Source: Candidatus Saccharimonadota bacterium
GTDB lineage: Bacteria > Patescibacteriota > Saccharimonadia > Saccharimonadales > Saccharimonadaceae
DNA: 64,000 nt
Reading direction: 5' to 3'
Assembly (NCBI GenBank): GCA_028286395.1
Contig: JAQBRS010000004.1
Coordinates: 29,949 to 93,948 of the forward strand
Position 1 is the stretch's first letter; each line of letters opens with the position of its first letter. Positions 49,259-58,849 of the stretch are shown here, in pieces. The notes beneath the pieces were generated by a model. That model ran no database searches. It was not told the DNA's origin and saw only the letters and a list, made by a program, of their open reading frames with translations. The position numbers and the translations under genes were made by a program.

Positions 49259-49283
49259 AAAGGCCCCGCGTATGCGAGGCCTT
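49259..49283 (-). terminator. Hairpin downstream of the 49310..49654 ORF
   Basis: Minus strand aaggcctcgc-atac-gcggggccttt pairs fully (with one U-G); the plus strand has a C-A mismatch. Confidence 0.55.
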
Positions 49284-49309
49284 CCTGTTCTTCCGGGGAA
49301 GAAGTACTG

Positions 49310-49654
49310 CTAGCGCCGTTTGGGGATCTCTCCTACTATGACGCTGTCGCCGTCGATGTTGATCGAGAACGTGCTACCGAAGTGATCGAATCGCCCCGCG
49401 AGCCAGTCTTCACGCCCGAAGTTGCCGATCCCCGGACTTACCAGGAAGGCGATCAGTTCGAACTGCTCGATCGGCTCGTCAACGGCGACACTGATGAGCA
49501 AGAGGTCCTCGTCGGGCGTTACCTTCTTGAACGTCAGTGTGTGGAGCGAGATTTCGAGCCGGTTGATGTCTCGGTGATTGCCAAGGATGGCAAAAAGATC
49601 ATTGCTAATCTTCGAGAATGTTGGCGCGTCAAAGTCGATGATAATTGGCTGCAT
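49310..49654 (-). CDS. Hypothetical protein, 114 aa
   Basis: AAGGAAG upstream of ATG, TATAGT -10, strand-specific hairpin downstream; competes with an antisense ORF. Confidence 0.5.
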   Translation of the reverse strand: MQPIIIDFDAPTFSKISNDLFAILGNHRDINRLEISLHTLTFKKVTPDEDLLLISVAVDEPIEQFELIAFLVSPGIGNFGREDWLAGRFDHFGSTFSINIDGDSVIVGEIPKRR

Positions 49655-49738
49655 TGATTGTACTTCCTTTACGTCGGGAACAGGATTGTCATACTATAGA
49701 ATATTCTTACTAAATCTTCAAGATGCTAGAATAGAATA

Positions 49739-50671
49739 ATGATTTTGGGAATCGATGAAGTCGGACGAGGACCCTGGGCAGGACCACTTGTGGTTGGTGC
49801 TGTGGTGCTCGGTGATGCCAAGATTGACGGACTGACCGACAGCAAGAAACTTACTAAGAAAAAGCGGGATGCTCTCGATATTCTCATTCGCGAACAGGCA
49901 AGTGGCTACGGGCTTGGGTGGGTAGAGGCAAAAGAAATTGATGAGATCGGGCTTGGTCCGGCGTTACGCCTGGCGACCATCCGCGCCGTTGAACAAGTCA
50001 AAGCTCCCTACCACGAAATTATTATCGACGGAACAATTAATTTTTTGAGTGAAACAGCAAAAGGCCGATACGTTACGACGCTCGCTAAGGCGGACTTACT
50101 GATACAGAGCGTTTCGGCTGCGTCTATCATCGCAAAGGTCGCCAGGGACAATTACATGGCTTTGCAGGATGATATATATCCTGGGTATGGGTTTGTACGT
50201 CATGTTGGCTATGGAACACTGACACACAGGAATTCAATCGAGAAGTTAGGCGTTACGCCACTGCATCGATTGTCGTTTGCTCCACTGGCAAAATATAAGA
50301 CAGAAATCACATCCGAATTCGTTCCAAGAACAACCAAACGGATTGGTGACGACGCCGAATCTGCAGTAGCGCGGTATCTTGAATCTCATGGTCATACGGT
50401 GCTTGAGCGAAATTGGAAGACAAAGTTCTGTGAGATCGACATTGTGTCTGTCAAAGGCGAGACCTTCTACTTTAGCGAGGTGAAATATCGTAAAAATCCT
50501 ATACAGGGTTCGGGTCTTGAAGCGATTACTCATAAAAAACAGCAACAAATGATATTTGCTGCTGAATTCTATATGGCAAGCCATAAGCTACAGAATGTCG
50601 CGATGCGCTTGGTTGCTGTTTCTGTATCGGGAACAACGCCAACTGTCGAAACCTATTTAGAGATCGAGTAG
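49739..50671 (+). CDS. rnhB: Ribonuclease HII fused to a YraN/UPF0102 domain
   Basis: GIDEVGRGPWAGP, LTDSKKL, SVSAASIIAKVARD, HRLSF; then GDDAE..VARYL, LERNW...EIDIV, FSEVKYR. Confidence 0.9.
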   Translation: MILGIDEVGRGPWAGPLVVGAVVLGDAKIDGLTDSKKLTKKKRDALDILIREQASGYGLGWVEAKEIDEIGLGPALRLATIRAVEQVKAPYHEIIIDGTINFLSETAKGRYVTTLAKADLLIQSVSAASIIAKVARDNYMALQDDIYPGYGFVRHVGYGTLTHRNSIEKLGVTPLHRLSFAPLAKYKTEITSEFVPRTTKRIGDDAESAVARYLESHGHTVLERNWKTKFCEIDIVSVKGETFYFSEVKYRKNPIQGSGLEAITHKKQQQMIFAAEFYMASHKLQNVAMRLVAVSVSGTTPTVETYLEIE

Positions 50672-53173
50672 GGCCTTTTGAACGGCCGCTTCGTCACGTG
50701 CGACGTGATCAATTTTACTACCTAGTTCCAAAATACCAAGTTCGATATTACGCCTCAACCCAACTTGGTCTTTCAATGGATTAAAGAATGTCTTGTATTC
50801 TTCGAGTTGCTCGGCGGTTGTCAGGCAGATCGCAACATAGCGAGGAAATGAGTCGTAACTCTTGTCGCCACCAAAGGTTTCTTCCATCCACGGCCAGTTA
50901 TCACGGCCCCATTTCCAAGTAGCGGTTCGTGCGTAACGGTTACGAAGCAGCCACACGTACCAGCGCATGAAGTCTTGTGGACGAACAATGTTTGGATCTT
51001 TTAGAATGCCAAGCAATCGTTCAATCACTTCAGGACTACGTGTCGCAGTAATTGCTGAGGCGATATCTTCCTTTAGTGCGCTCGACGTTGTTTTCATGTG
51101 AGCATTCAGAAGTGCACTAATAATCTGTTCGTCTTTTGAATAACGAACGATAGTTGCAATAATGTTCACACGGAGATTAGGATCAAGCTCTTCAAGTGAA
51201 GTTGATTCATAGATAGCGTGTGCTTTTGCAAGGATGTCTTCGCGTTCGCTGTAGATCATGAGGCCGACGACAATGCTTCGGAGTTTGGTATCAGACTCAT
51301 TCTCACCAGTCTTTGGCTCCCAGCCAAGTCGGTTGAATTGGTCTTCGGCGAGATGTCCAGCAAAGGCGCGCAATTTATCTTCAAGCTTCTCGTCATTTTC
51401 AACAAACTTTTTTAATTCATTTAACGCAACGAGCATGATATCCCAAACGGCTTCGACAGACTCATCCTTATAGTACCCAAGTAGTGGAACGAGTTCGGCA
51501 CTGGAAATAAGGCTCGCTTGTGCCAGGAGAACCTGCTCGTTCAGTAGTTTCAGACGGTCAATTTCAGAAAGTGTCGACAACGCGCTTACTAATTCGGCAA
51601 GAAGTGTCGGTATGTAGTGTGTAATGAAGTGCGCCGTACTTTCGTGGTTAATCACGAGCGGAAGGTTGGAGCTACGGGTAACGGTTAATGCTTTCTCAGT
51701 CAAAAGATGAGGCATATTTTGTTCAGATGCTCCGAGTGGGATTGGCCATAACTTTTCGGATGGTTCGTGCGGACCGATAAAGAATTGTTCTTGTGACAAA
51801 TGAATTTGATCGCCGTCTTGAGAAACGTTCAAAACAGGGTAGCCCGATTGAGAGATCCAGGTATTCATGAGAAGACCGATATCTTGGCCGGACGCTTCTG
51901 ACAAACATTCCCAAAGATCGTTTGCTTCGGTATTTTGATAGGCGTACTTTTTAAAGTACGATTTCAAACCAGATTGGAGTACCTCGTCGCCAATATAGCT
52001 TTGGAGCATTCGAAGCAGACGACCACCTTTTGCGTACACGATTGAGGGATCGAAGATGGTTGAGATCTCATCGGGATGGTGCACTTCGGTTTGAATTGCC
52101 TGGACGCCATCAAGACTATCGCGACGAAGTGCTTGTACGACTTCGTATGTTGCTTGGTCGAGCCAAATGTGCCAGTCAGGCTCAAGTGCGTCGACGCAGA
52201 CGTATTCCATCATATTCGCAAAACTTTCGTTCAGCCAAAGATCATTCCACCATTTCATAGTCACAAGATTTCCAAACCATTGGTGGCTTAACTCATGGGT
52301 AATAGTGAGGGCAGCCTGTTGACGTGCTTGTAACGAGCCAGTTTTGGGGTCGGCCAGAAGGGCAATTTCACGATACGTAATCAACCCCCAGTTTTCCATA
52401 GCGCCCGATGAAAAGTCAGGAAGGGCAACGTGGTCAGATTTTGGAAGTGGATAAGGGATATCAAAGTACTCATCAAAGAATTCAATCCCGCGAGTCGCAA
52501 TATCGAGTGCGAAATCAAGACTCTCAAGGGTCTGTGCAGGAGTTGCATAGATGTTAACTTCAACGCCACTTTTCGTCTTCGCGGATTTTTTCTGTAATTC
52601 ACCAACTACCCATGCAAGCAAGTAGCTACTCATGCGTGGTGAGGTTTCGAATTGTGTAACCAAAAGATCATTTTCGATTCGTTGGTCTTTGACGGGCATA
52701 TTTCCGAGGACAACAACATCTTGTTCGGTCGTGAGGATGACGTCGAAGGTTGCTTTTGCCTCAGGCTCGTCGATACAAGGAAATACTTCACGAGCATGGT
52801 GACTTTCGAATTGCGTTGCCAGTAATTCTTTTTTGAGACCATTATGTTCGTAGTAGCAAGGGTAGAGACCGTGCATTCCGTCGGTAATCACACTGGAGAA
52901 TCCAATTACGATAACATGTGCACCGCCGGTGATGTCGGGATGGGTAATCGTTAGTTCTTGATCATCAAGACTGAAGTTGGCTTGTTTGCCATCGAATACG
53001 ACTGATTGAATCGCAAGATCTTTCGAGTGAAGCACAATGTTGGTTGCGCCGACAACGGACGAACCTTGAATCGTGACAGTTCCGGCAAAAGTTCGGCCAA
53101 TGCGGTCGAGTGATACGGATAGTTGATAATGATCTGGAACGAATGTGTTGATGAGTCGGGCTACAGTCTGCAT
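50657..53173 (-). CDS. pepN: M1 family aminopeptidase with ERAP1-like C-terminus
   Basis: ATQFE..AREVFPCIDEP, GAMENWG, HELSHQWFG...WLNE, YAKG; start at MQTVARL, 7 nt after TATACT. Confidence 0.92.
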   Translation of the reverse strand: MQTVARLINTFVPDHYQLSVSLDRIGRTFAGTVTIQGSSVVGATNIVLHSKDLAIQSVVFDGKQANFSLDDQELTITHPDITGGAHVIVIGFSSVITDGMHGLYPCYYEHNGLKKELLATQFESHHAREVFPCIDEPEAKATFDVILTTEQDVVVLGNMPVKDQRIENDLLVTQFETSPRMSSYLLAWVVGELQKKSAKTKSGVEVNIYATPAQTLESLDFALDIATRGIEFFDEYFDIPYPLPKSDHVALPDFSSGAMENWGLITYREIALLADPKTGSLQARQQAALTITHELSHQWFGNLVTMKWWNDLWLNESFANMMEYVCVDALEPDWHIWLDQATYEVVQALRRDSLDGVQAIQTEVHHPDEISTIFDPSIVYAKGGRLLRMLQSYIGDEVLQSGLKSYFKKYAYQNTEANDLWECLSEASGQDIGLLMNTWISQSGYPVLNVSQDGDQIHLSQEQFFIGPHEPSEKLWPIPLGASEQNMPHLLTEKALTVTRSSNLPLVINHESTAHFITHYIPTLLAELVSALSTLSEIDRLKLLNEQVLLAQASLISSAELVPLLGYYKDESVEAVWDIMLVALNELKKFVENDEKLEDKLRAFAGHLAEDQFNRLGWEPKTGENESDTKLRSIVVGLMIYSEREDILAKAHAIYESTSLEELDPNLRVNIIATIVRYSKDEQIISALLNAHMKTTSSALKEDIASAITATRSPEVIERLLGILKDPNIVRPQDFMRWYVWLLRNRYARTATWKWGRDNWPWMEETFGGDKSYDSFPRYVAICLTTAEQLEEYKTFFNPLKDQVGLRRNIELGILELGSKIDHVARDEAAVQKALLDL

Positions 53174-53264
53174 ATAGACTAGTATAGCAAATGAAATGTT
53201 AAAACTTTTTGTCCTGCAGTCCTCTCGCCATTGAACTATCGCCCCCTTCATTCATACTAGCTAT

Positions 53265-53954
53265 ATGAACATGCGTCTGAGGAGGATCGTGACTGTCGTA
53301 CTTGGCCTTATCGGGTTTGCGGTGATTATTCTGGCCGCAGCACCGCCTGTGATTGAACGGACGAATCAGCTACAAACACCCACACCCGCCACGGTAGCAA
53401 CAGGTTCAGCATCCGATGCGCTCGAAAAGTTAGTTGTCAAAGGTCGTGCACCTAAAACCGATTACTCCCGCAGTCAGTTCGGAAGCGGTTGGTCGACAAT
53501 AAGTGGGTGCGATACGCGGAATATCATTTTGCACAGAGATTTGCAGAACCCGGTTGTTGACGAAAAATGCATCGTCGTATCGGGAACGCTTAATGATCCG
53601 TACACGGCAATGGTTATCCCGTTCATGAAGGGAAGTAGCGATGTTCAGATTGATCATGTCGTAGCCTTATCAGATGCGTGGCAAACGGGCGCTGCTGGGC
53701 AGACGCGTGATGTGCGTATTCAACTTGCAAACGATCCACTGGAACTACTTGCGGTTCAAGGTGCCGCTAATCAGCAAAAAAGCGATAGTGACGCAGCGAC
53801 GTGGTTGCCTTCAAACAAGAGCTTTCGCTGTCGGTATGTTGCTCGGCAGATTGCGGTGAAACAAAAGTATTCGCTGTGGGTGACACCGTCCGAGAAACAG
53901 GCAATCATCGATGTATTGTCGACCTGTCAGGGGCAGGCACTCCCATCGGCCTAG
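53265..53954 (+). CDS. Exported HNH-type nuclease (DUF1524-like)
   Basis: N-terminal signal/TM; CDTRN.IL.RD, QIDHVVAL..AW, ANDP.ELLAV, NQQKSD, WLP. Confidence 0.8.
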   Translation: MNMRLRRIVTVVLGLIGFAVIILAAAPPVIERTNQLQTPTPATVATGSASDALEKLVVKGRAPKTDYSRSQFGSGWSTISGCDTRNIILHRDLQNPVVDEKCIVVSGTLNDPYTAMVIPFMKGSSDVQIDHVVALSDAWQTGAAGQTRDVRIQLANDPLELLAVQGAANQQKSDSDAATWLPSNKSFRCRYVARQIAVKQKYSLWVTPSEKQAIIDVLSTCQGQALPSA

Positions 53955-53961
53955 CACTCAC

Positions 53962-53990
53962 TTGCGCTCAAATGACAAATTCGTTATAAT
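53962..53990 (+). promoter_or_regulatory. Sigma70-type promoter for nusA
   Basis: TTGCGC-N17-TATAAT. Confidence 0.6.
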
Positions 53991-54068
53991 AGCGACAGTA
54001 CATTCCGGCCGGCAGGTCGGATTTTTTCATAAAAAAGTACAAGCGTACATAAGAAAGGACTTATTACT

Positions 54069-55211
54069 ATGGATGAATTAAATCTAAAACAATTAACTCT
54101 TGCGGTTCGAACAATCGCTGAAGAGAAAAACCTCCCAGAAGACATCGTTATGTCTGTTATCGAACAGGCAATCGCTGCTGCATGGCGCCGTGATAACGGT
54201 GAACGTGACCAAGAAGTTCGCAGTGTCCTCGACATCAACAAAGGAACAGCAAAGGTCTTTGTTGCTCGTGAGGTTGTTGAACTCGTTGGAAGTGATGCAC
54301 ACGAAATTAGCCTTGCTGATGCTCGTAAAATCAAAAAAGATGCTGAACTTGGTGACATGATCGAAGAAGAGCACGAAGTGAGCAGCTTCGGGCGTGTTGC
54401 GGCTCAAACTGCAAAGCAAGTCGTCCTCCAACGTCTTCGTGAAGCAGAGCGTGAAGTTGTTCTTGGTGAATACGAAGACAAGATCGGTACCGTTGTGAAC
54501 GGAACGGTACAGCGCGTTGAACCACGTGTTATTCGCATCGAAATCGGTAAAGCAAACGGTATTATTCCACAAAGCGAACAGATTCAAGGCGAATACTACA
54601 GTGTTGGTGCACGTATCAAGGTCTTTATTAAGGACATCGAGCGCGACAACCGCGGTCCACAGCTTATTTTGAGCCGTGGTAACACCGAGTTCATCGAATA
54701 CCTCTTTAAGCAGGAAGTGCCTGAACTTGAAACTGGTGCGGTGGAAATCAAGGCAATCGCTCGTGAAGCAGGACGCCGAACGAAGCTTGCTGTTGCAAGT
54801 ACTGTTCCAGGTGTTGATCCGGTTGGAACATTCGTTGGTGGACACGGCACACGTGTGCAGGCCGTTATGAACGAAGTTGGCGATCAAGAAAAAATCGACA
54901 TTGTCACTTACGATGCAAACATCGAACAGTTCATCAAGAACGCACTCAGCCCAGCTGAAGTGAGCAAAGTCGTTATCAACGAAGAGACTAAGCGTGCGAC
55001 CGTCTATGTGAATGAAGACCAGCAATCAATTGCGATCGGTCGTGGTGGACAAAACGTTCGTCTTGCAAGCCACCTTACTGGCTACGAACTCGATATCGAG
55101 CAAGCAACTCCAACAGCAAAGCCTGCAACCGAAAAGGGTCCAAAGAAGAATATCGAAGATAGTCTTCTCAACGCTGTTGAAGAAAACAACGAAGACGCAG
55201 CCGAAGCTTAG
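54069..55211 (+). CDS. nusA: Transcription termination/antitermination factor NusA
   Basis: FGRVAAQTAKQV, S1 domain, IAREAGRRTK, VGTFVG..GTRV, AIGRGGQNVRLA. Confidence 0.97.
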   Translation: MDELNLKQLTLAVRTIAEEKNLPEDIVMSVIEQAIAAAWRRDNGERDQEVRSVLDINKGTAKVFVAREVVELVGSDAHEISLADARKIKKDAELGDMIEEEHEVSSFGRVAAQTAKQVVLQRLREAEREVVLGEYEDKIGTVVNGTVQRVEPRVIRIEIGKANGIIPQSEQIQGEYYSVGARIKVFIKDIERDNRGPQLILSRGNTEFIEYLFKQEVPELETGAVEIKAIAREAGRRTKLAVASTVPGVDPVGTFVGGHGTRVQAVMNEVGDQEKIDIVTYDANIEQFIKNALSPAEVSKVVINEETKRATVYVNEDQQSIAIGRGGQNVRLASHLTGYELDIEQATPTAKPATEKGPKKNIEDSLLNAVEENNEDAAEA

Positions 55212-55239
55212 TCTTACGACAATTTAAGCAAAATATAAA

Positions 55240-55266
55240 TTAGCACTCTATTGCAACGAGTGCTAA
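55240..55266 (+). promoter_or_regulatory. CIRCE element (HrcA operator) overlapping the clpC promoter
   Basis: TTAGCACTC-tattgcaac-GAGTGCTAA is an exact consensus with N9 spacer; contains -35 TTGCAA; TATACT at 55273-55278. Confidence 0.92.
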
Positions 55267-55348
55267 TTTTGCTATACTAGATATATGATCACAAGCTAAA
55301 TACAAAATAAGCTTGCGCATCTTATATAGGAGGATAGATAATAAGAAT

Positions 55349-57829
55349 ATGGCTGATGATTTTGCAGAATTTATCACGCATCTCACCGACAACGCACGGA
55401 CCAGCCTTCATCACGCTACTCTGATTGCTCAAGGGTACGGGAGTCCTTACATTGGTACAGAACACCTCCTGCTTGGAGTGATGGCACAAGGTGCATCGGT
55501 GGGAGCAAAAATCTTAGCAGACGCTGGCGTGACACTTGATCGCGCACAGACTGCGCTTAATATGGTCCCTGTTTCTGCCGTTGTTGGCGGACTCAGTACC
55601 AAAAGCTTGAGCGAAACAGCAAAACTCACTCTGAAAATGAGTTGGGATATTGCTCAGGAATTTCACCAGGATTATCTTGGTACAGAACACATTCTCTACA
55701 GCATTTTGACACAAAAGAACGCCCGTGCAACGGTCCTTCTTCGTGACATGAATGTGAATATTACCGATATTGTTTCGGAACTTGAAGAGTATCTTGATCG
55801 TCAAGGTGATTCATACATTTCAAGCGATGACGAGACAACAACCGAAACCAAGAAAGCACCACAACGAAAAGGTGCGCTGGGGACATTTGGAACTGATTTG
55901 ACGGCTCGCGCTAAAGAAGGTCGTCTTGATCCCGTAATTGGTCGCGCCGAGCAAGAAGAGCGTCTCGTAACGATTCTGAGTCGTCGTACAAAGAACAACC
56001 CGGTTCTTATTGGTGAACCAGGCGTTGGTAAGACGGCGATTGTTGAAGGCCTTGCACAGCGCATCGCCAGTGAAGACGTGCCAGAACATCTGCTCGATAA
56101 GCGCATTGTTCAACTTGACCTTGCAGGCATGATCGCTGGTACAAAGTATCGCGGTGAATTCGAGGAACGCCTCAAGAAAGTCGTTGCTGAATTACAAGAA
56201 CAAAAGAATGTCATTGTCTTTATTGACGAACTTCACCTACTGGTTGGCGCTGGTGCAGCGGAAGGCGCGCTTGATGCTGCTAATATGCTCAAGCCCGCGC
56301 TTGCTCGTGGTGAGATCCGCCTCATCGGCGCAACCACACTTGATGAATACCGGAAGCATATCGAGAAAGATACAGCGCTTGAACGACGCCTGCAAACAAT
56401 TGTCGTCCCAGAGCCAAAACTCAAAGACACGATCGCCATCCTTAAGGGCCTCAAGCCATATTACGAAAAGCACCATGGCGTCACGATTAGCGACGAAGTT
56501 ATCGAAGACGCTGTCTACATGGCTGACCGTTACATTAACGAACGGTTCATGCCGGACAAGGCAATTGATGTGATCGATGAAGCAGCTGCGCGTGTTCGCG
56601 TAAAATCTGGACGTAAGCCAAGCAAGCTTCGTGATTACATGAAGCAACTCAAAAATTTGAACGAAAAGATGGAAGAAGCAGTCACTGGCGAAGATTACGA
56701 ACGTGCGGCGCTATACAAGACGCGCATTAGTCAACTCAACACAAAGCTTGAAGAAACTCGGGCTGAGTACGAGAAGAAGACCCCAGTCGTACTCGGTGAT
56801 GAAGATATTGCCTACGCCATCTCCCTAATGACAGGTATTCCTGTGAGTCGTGTGCAGAAGTCTGAAGCGAAACTTCTCCGAAACCTTGAAGGCCATATTG
56901 AAAAGTATGTCATCGGGCAACGTGAAGCAGTTGAAAAGGTCTCTCGGGCGATTCGTCGTAGCCGAAGCGGTGTTGCGAGTAGCAAACGTCCAATCGGATC
57001 ATTCGTCTTTATGGGACCAACTGGTGTTGGTAAGACAGAGCTCGCGAAGGTACTTGCTCGCGAAGTCTTTGGAAGCGAAGATAACTTGATCAAGATCGAC
57101 ATGAGCGAATTCAGCGAACGCCATACGGCGAGCCGCCTTGTTGGTGCGCCTGCCGGCTATGTTGGATACGAAGATGGCGGACAATTAACTGATAAGGTTC
57201 GTCGTCAGCCATACAGTGTTGTGTTGTTCGACGAGATCGAAAAGGCGAATCCTGAAGTCTTCCACTTGCTCCTTCAAATCCTTGAAGACGGATCTTTGAC
57301 TGATGCAAAAGGCCACCGAGTTGATTTCTCTAATACGATTATTATTCTGACGAGTAACCTCGGTGCTGATCGCATGATGAAAGAATCAAGTCTTGGCTTT
57401 AGCGCTGTGACACGAAACGATCAGAAACGACTCGATGAAGTTCACGACGAGAATGCAGTTGCTGCCGAAGATGCGTTGAATAAGATTATGCGCCCAGAGT
57501 TGATTAATCGTTTTGACGCTATCGTTACTTTCCGTGCACTAACCAAAAAAGAGGTTGGCAAGATTTTTGACAACCTTCTCGGAGAGCTGCAAGACCGTTT
57601 GGTTCGAAAGGGGATTCACCTTGTCGTTGCCTCGTCTGCCAAACGTCAGATTATTGCTGAGGGACACGACGAAAAGTACGGCGCACGGCCACTTCGTCGG
57701 GCAATGCAGGATCTGCTTGAGCTTCCCGTCGCGGATGGCATCTTGTCAGGTGAGTATGAAAAAGGTACAGTACTGAAGATAGCTGCCGTAAGAGGAAAAA
57801 TTCAAATCAATGTCGGACAAGAGGCCTAG
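55349..57829 (+). CDS. clpC: ATP-dependent Clp protease ATP-binding subunit, ClpC-like
   Basis: Clp-N repeats ([14 protein letters not shown]), [17 protein letters not shown], short UVR-type M domain, [16 protein letters not shown]. Confidence 0.92.
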   Translation: MADDFAEFITHLTDNARTSLHHATLIAQGYGSPYIGTEHLLLGVMAQGASVGAKILADAGVTLDRAQTALNMVPVSAVVGGLSTKSLSETAKLTLKMSWDIAQEFHQDYLGTEHILYSILTQKNARATVLLRDMNVNITDIVSELEEYLDRQGDSYISSDDETTTETKKAPQRKGALGTFGTDLTARAKEGRLDPVIGRAEQEERLVTILSRRTKNNPVLIGEPGVGKTAIVEGLAQRIASEDVPEHLLDKRIVQLDLAGMIAGTKYRGEFEERLKKVVAELQEQKNVIVFIDELHLLVGAGAAEGALDAANMLKPALARGEIRLIGATTLDEYRKHIEKDTALERRLQTIVVPEPKLKDTIAILKGLKPYYEKHHGVTISDEVIEDAVYMADRYINERFMPDKAIDVIDEAAARVRVKSGRKPSKLRDYMKQLKNLNEKMEEAVTGEDYERAALYKTRISQLNTKLEETRAEYEKKTPVVLGDEDIAYAISLMTGIPVSRVQKSEAKLLRNLEGHIEKYVIGQREAVEKVSRAIRRSRSGVASSKRPIGSFVFMGPTGVGKTELAKVLAREVFGSEDNLIKIDMSEFSERHTASRLVGAPAGYVGYEDGGQLTDKVRRQPYSVVLFDEIEKANPEVFHLLLQILEDGSLTDAKGHRVDFSNTIIILTSNLGADRMMKESSLGFSAVTRNDQKRLDEVHDENAVAAEDALNKIMRPELINRFDAIVTFRALTKKEVGKIFDNLLGELQDRLVRKGIHLVVASSAKRQIIAEGHDEKYGARPLRRAMQDLLELPVADGILSGEYEKGTVLKIAAVRGKIQINVGQEA

Positions 57830-58814
57830 CCTAAAAAGAACCCTCATTGGAGGTGGGATCAGTATAGCCATTCTTGCAGCGGCGGGATTCTTACTGATGA
57901 ATCAACAGTACGTCAAAGATCAAATCACGGTCTGGTCGTACAAACCTGACGCTAAAATTTTAAGTGTCGAAAGTCGGATCGATTTTAGTAGCAAGGGGCA
58001 ATTTAACTTTTACGCCACACAGCCTGAAGTGGATGGGTCTGACAAATTTAATGCAGACTGCCCACGTCAGGAAGTCGGCAATCCGATTCTCGGCTGTTAC
58101 GCAGGCGGACGTATTTACGTCTATGACGTGACGAATGCTCAACTCGATGGCATTGAAGAAGTAACGGCTGCGCACGAAATGCTCCACGCCGTCTGGGAAC
58201 GAATGAGCCCTATTGACCAAGATCGAATTGGAAAGCTTCTTCAGGCTGAGTATGCAAAGCTGAGTGATAATAAAGATCTGACCGATCGCATGAGTTACTA
58301 TCAACGTACTGAACCGGGCCAGTTTGTAAATGAACTCCATTCTATTCTTGGAACGGAAATCGGAAACCTTAGTCCCGAACTTGAAACGTACTACAAACAG
58401 TACTTTAATGACCGCCAAAAAGTAGTCGATCTTCACAGCAAATATAATTCAGTATTCCAGAACTTGAAATCAGAATCAGACTCTTTGTACGCTGATCTGA
58501 CGACACTCGGTGCAAGTATCGAGTCACGTACAGCGCAGTATTCTGCTGATTCAAAACAATTGTCGGCTGACATCGAATCATTTAACGCCAGGGCAAATAG
58601 CGGAAACTTTTCGTCGATTAGCCAGTTTAATAGCGAGAGAGTTTCATTGTTAGCACGAACTAGCGCGCTTGATGCCGAACGAGCCTCAATTTCTGCCGAT
58701 ATCGACACCTACAATGCGAAGTATGCCCAATACCAGACAGTTTCATCGCAAGTTGAAGCACTCAACAAGAGCATCGATAGCATCAAAGATCTCCAGCCAG
58801 CACCTTCCGTTTAA
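57810..58814 (+). CDS. Membrane-anchored zincin-motif protein with C-terminal coiled coil
   Basis: N-terminal TM, ILGCY, AAHEMLHA (HExxH), ELHS, heptad-rich tail. Confidence 0.7.
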   Translation: MSDKRPSLKRTLIGGGISIAILAAAGFLLMNQQYVKDQITVWSYKPDAKILSVESRIDFSSKGQFNFYATQPEVDGSDKFNADCPRQEVGNPILGCYAGGRIYVYDVTNAQLDGIEEVTAAHEMLHAVWERMSPIDQDRIGKLLQAEYAKLSDNKDLTDRMSYYQRTEPGQFVNELHSILGTEIGNLSPELETYYKQYFNDRQKVVDLHSKYNSVFQNLKSESDSLYADLTTLGASIESRTAQYSADSKQLSADIESFNARANSGNFSSISQFNSERVSLLARTSALDAERASISADIDTYNAKYAQYQTVSSQVEALNKSIDSIKDLQPAPSV

Positions 58815-58849
58815 TATTTAAGAAATACCGATAGGCTATAATACGTATA

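Noticed and set aside
49238-49657. Plus-strand 139-aa ORF as the primary gene
   Set aside because: TTG start lies at the rplS terminator tail with no RBS; expression signals favour the minus ORF. Kept only as an ambiguity finding.
53952-53977. TAGCACTC half-site upstream of nusA as a CIRCE
   Set aside because: No matching GAGTGCTAA arm after 9 nt.
54093-55025. 310-aa antisense ORF over nusA
   Set aside because: Mirror-frame artefact (Phe/Asn/Asp-rich) with no motif or RBS.
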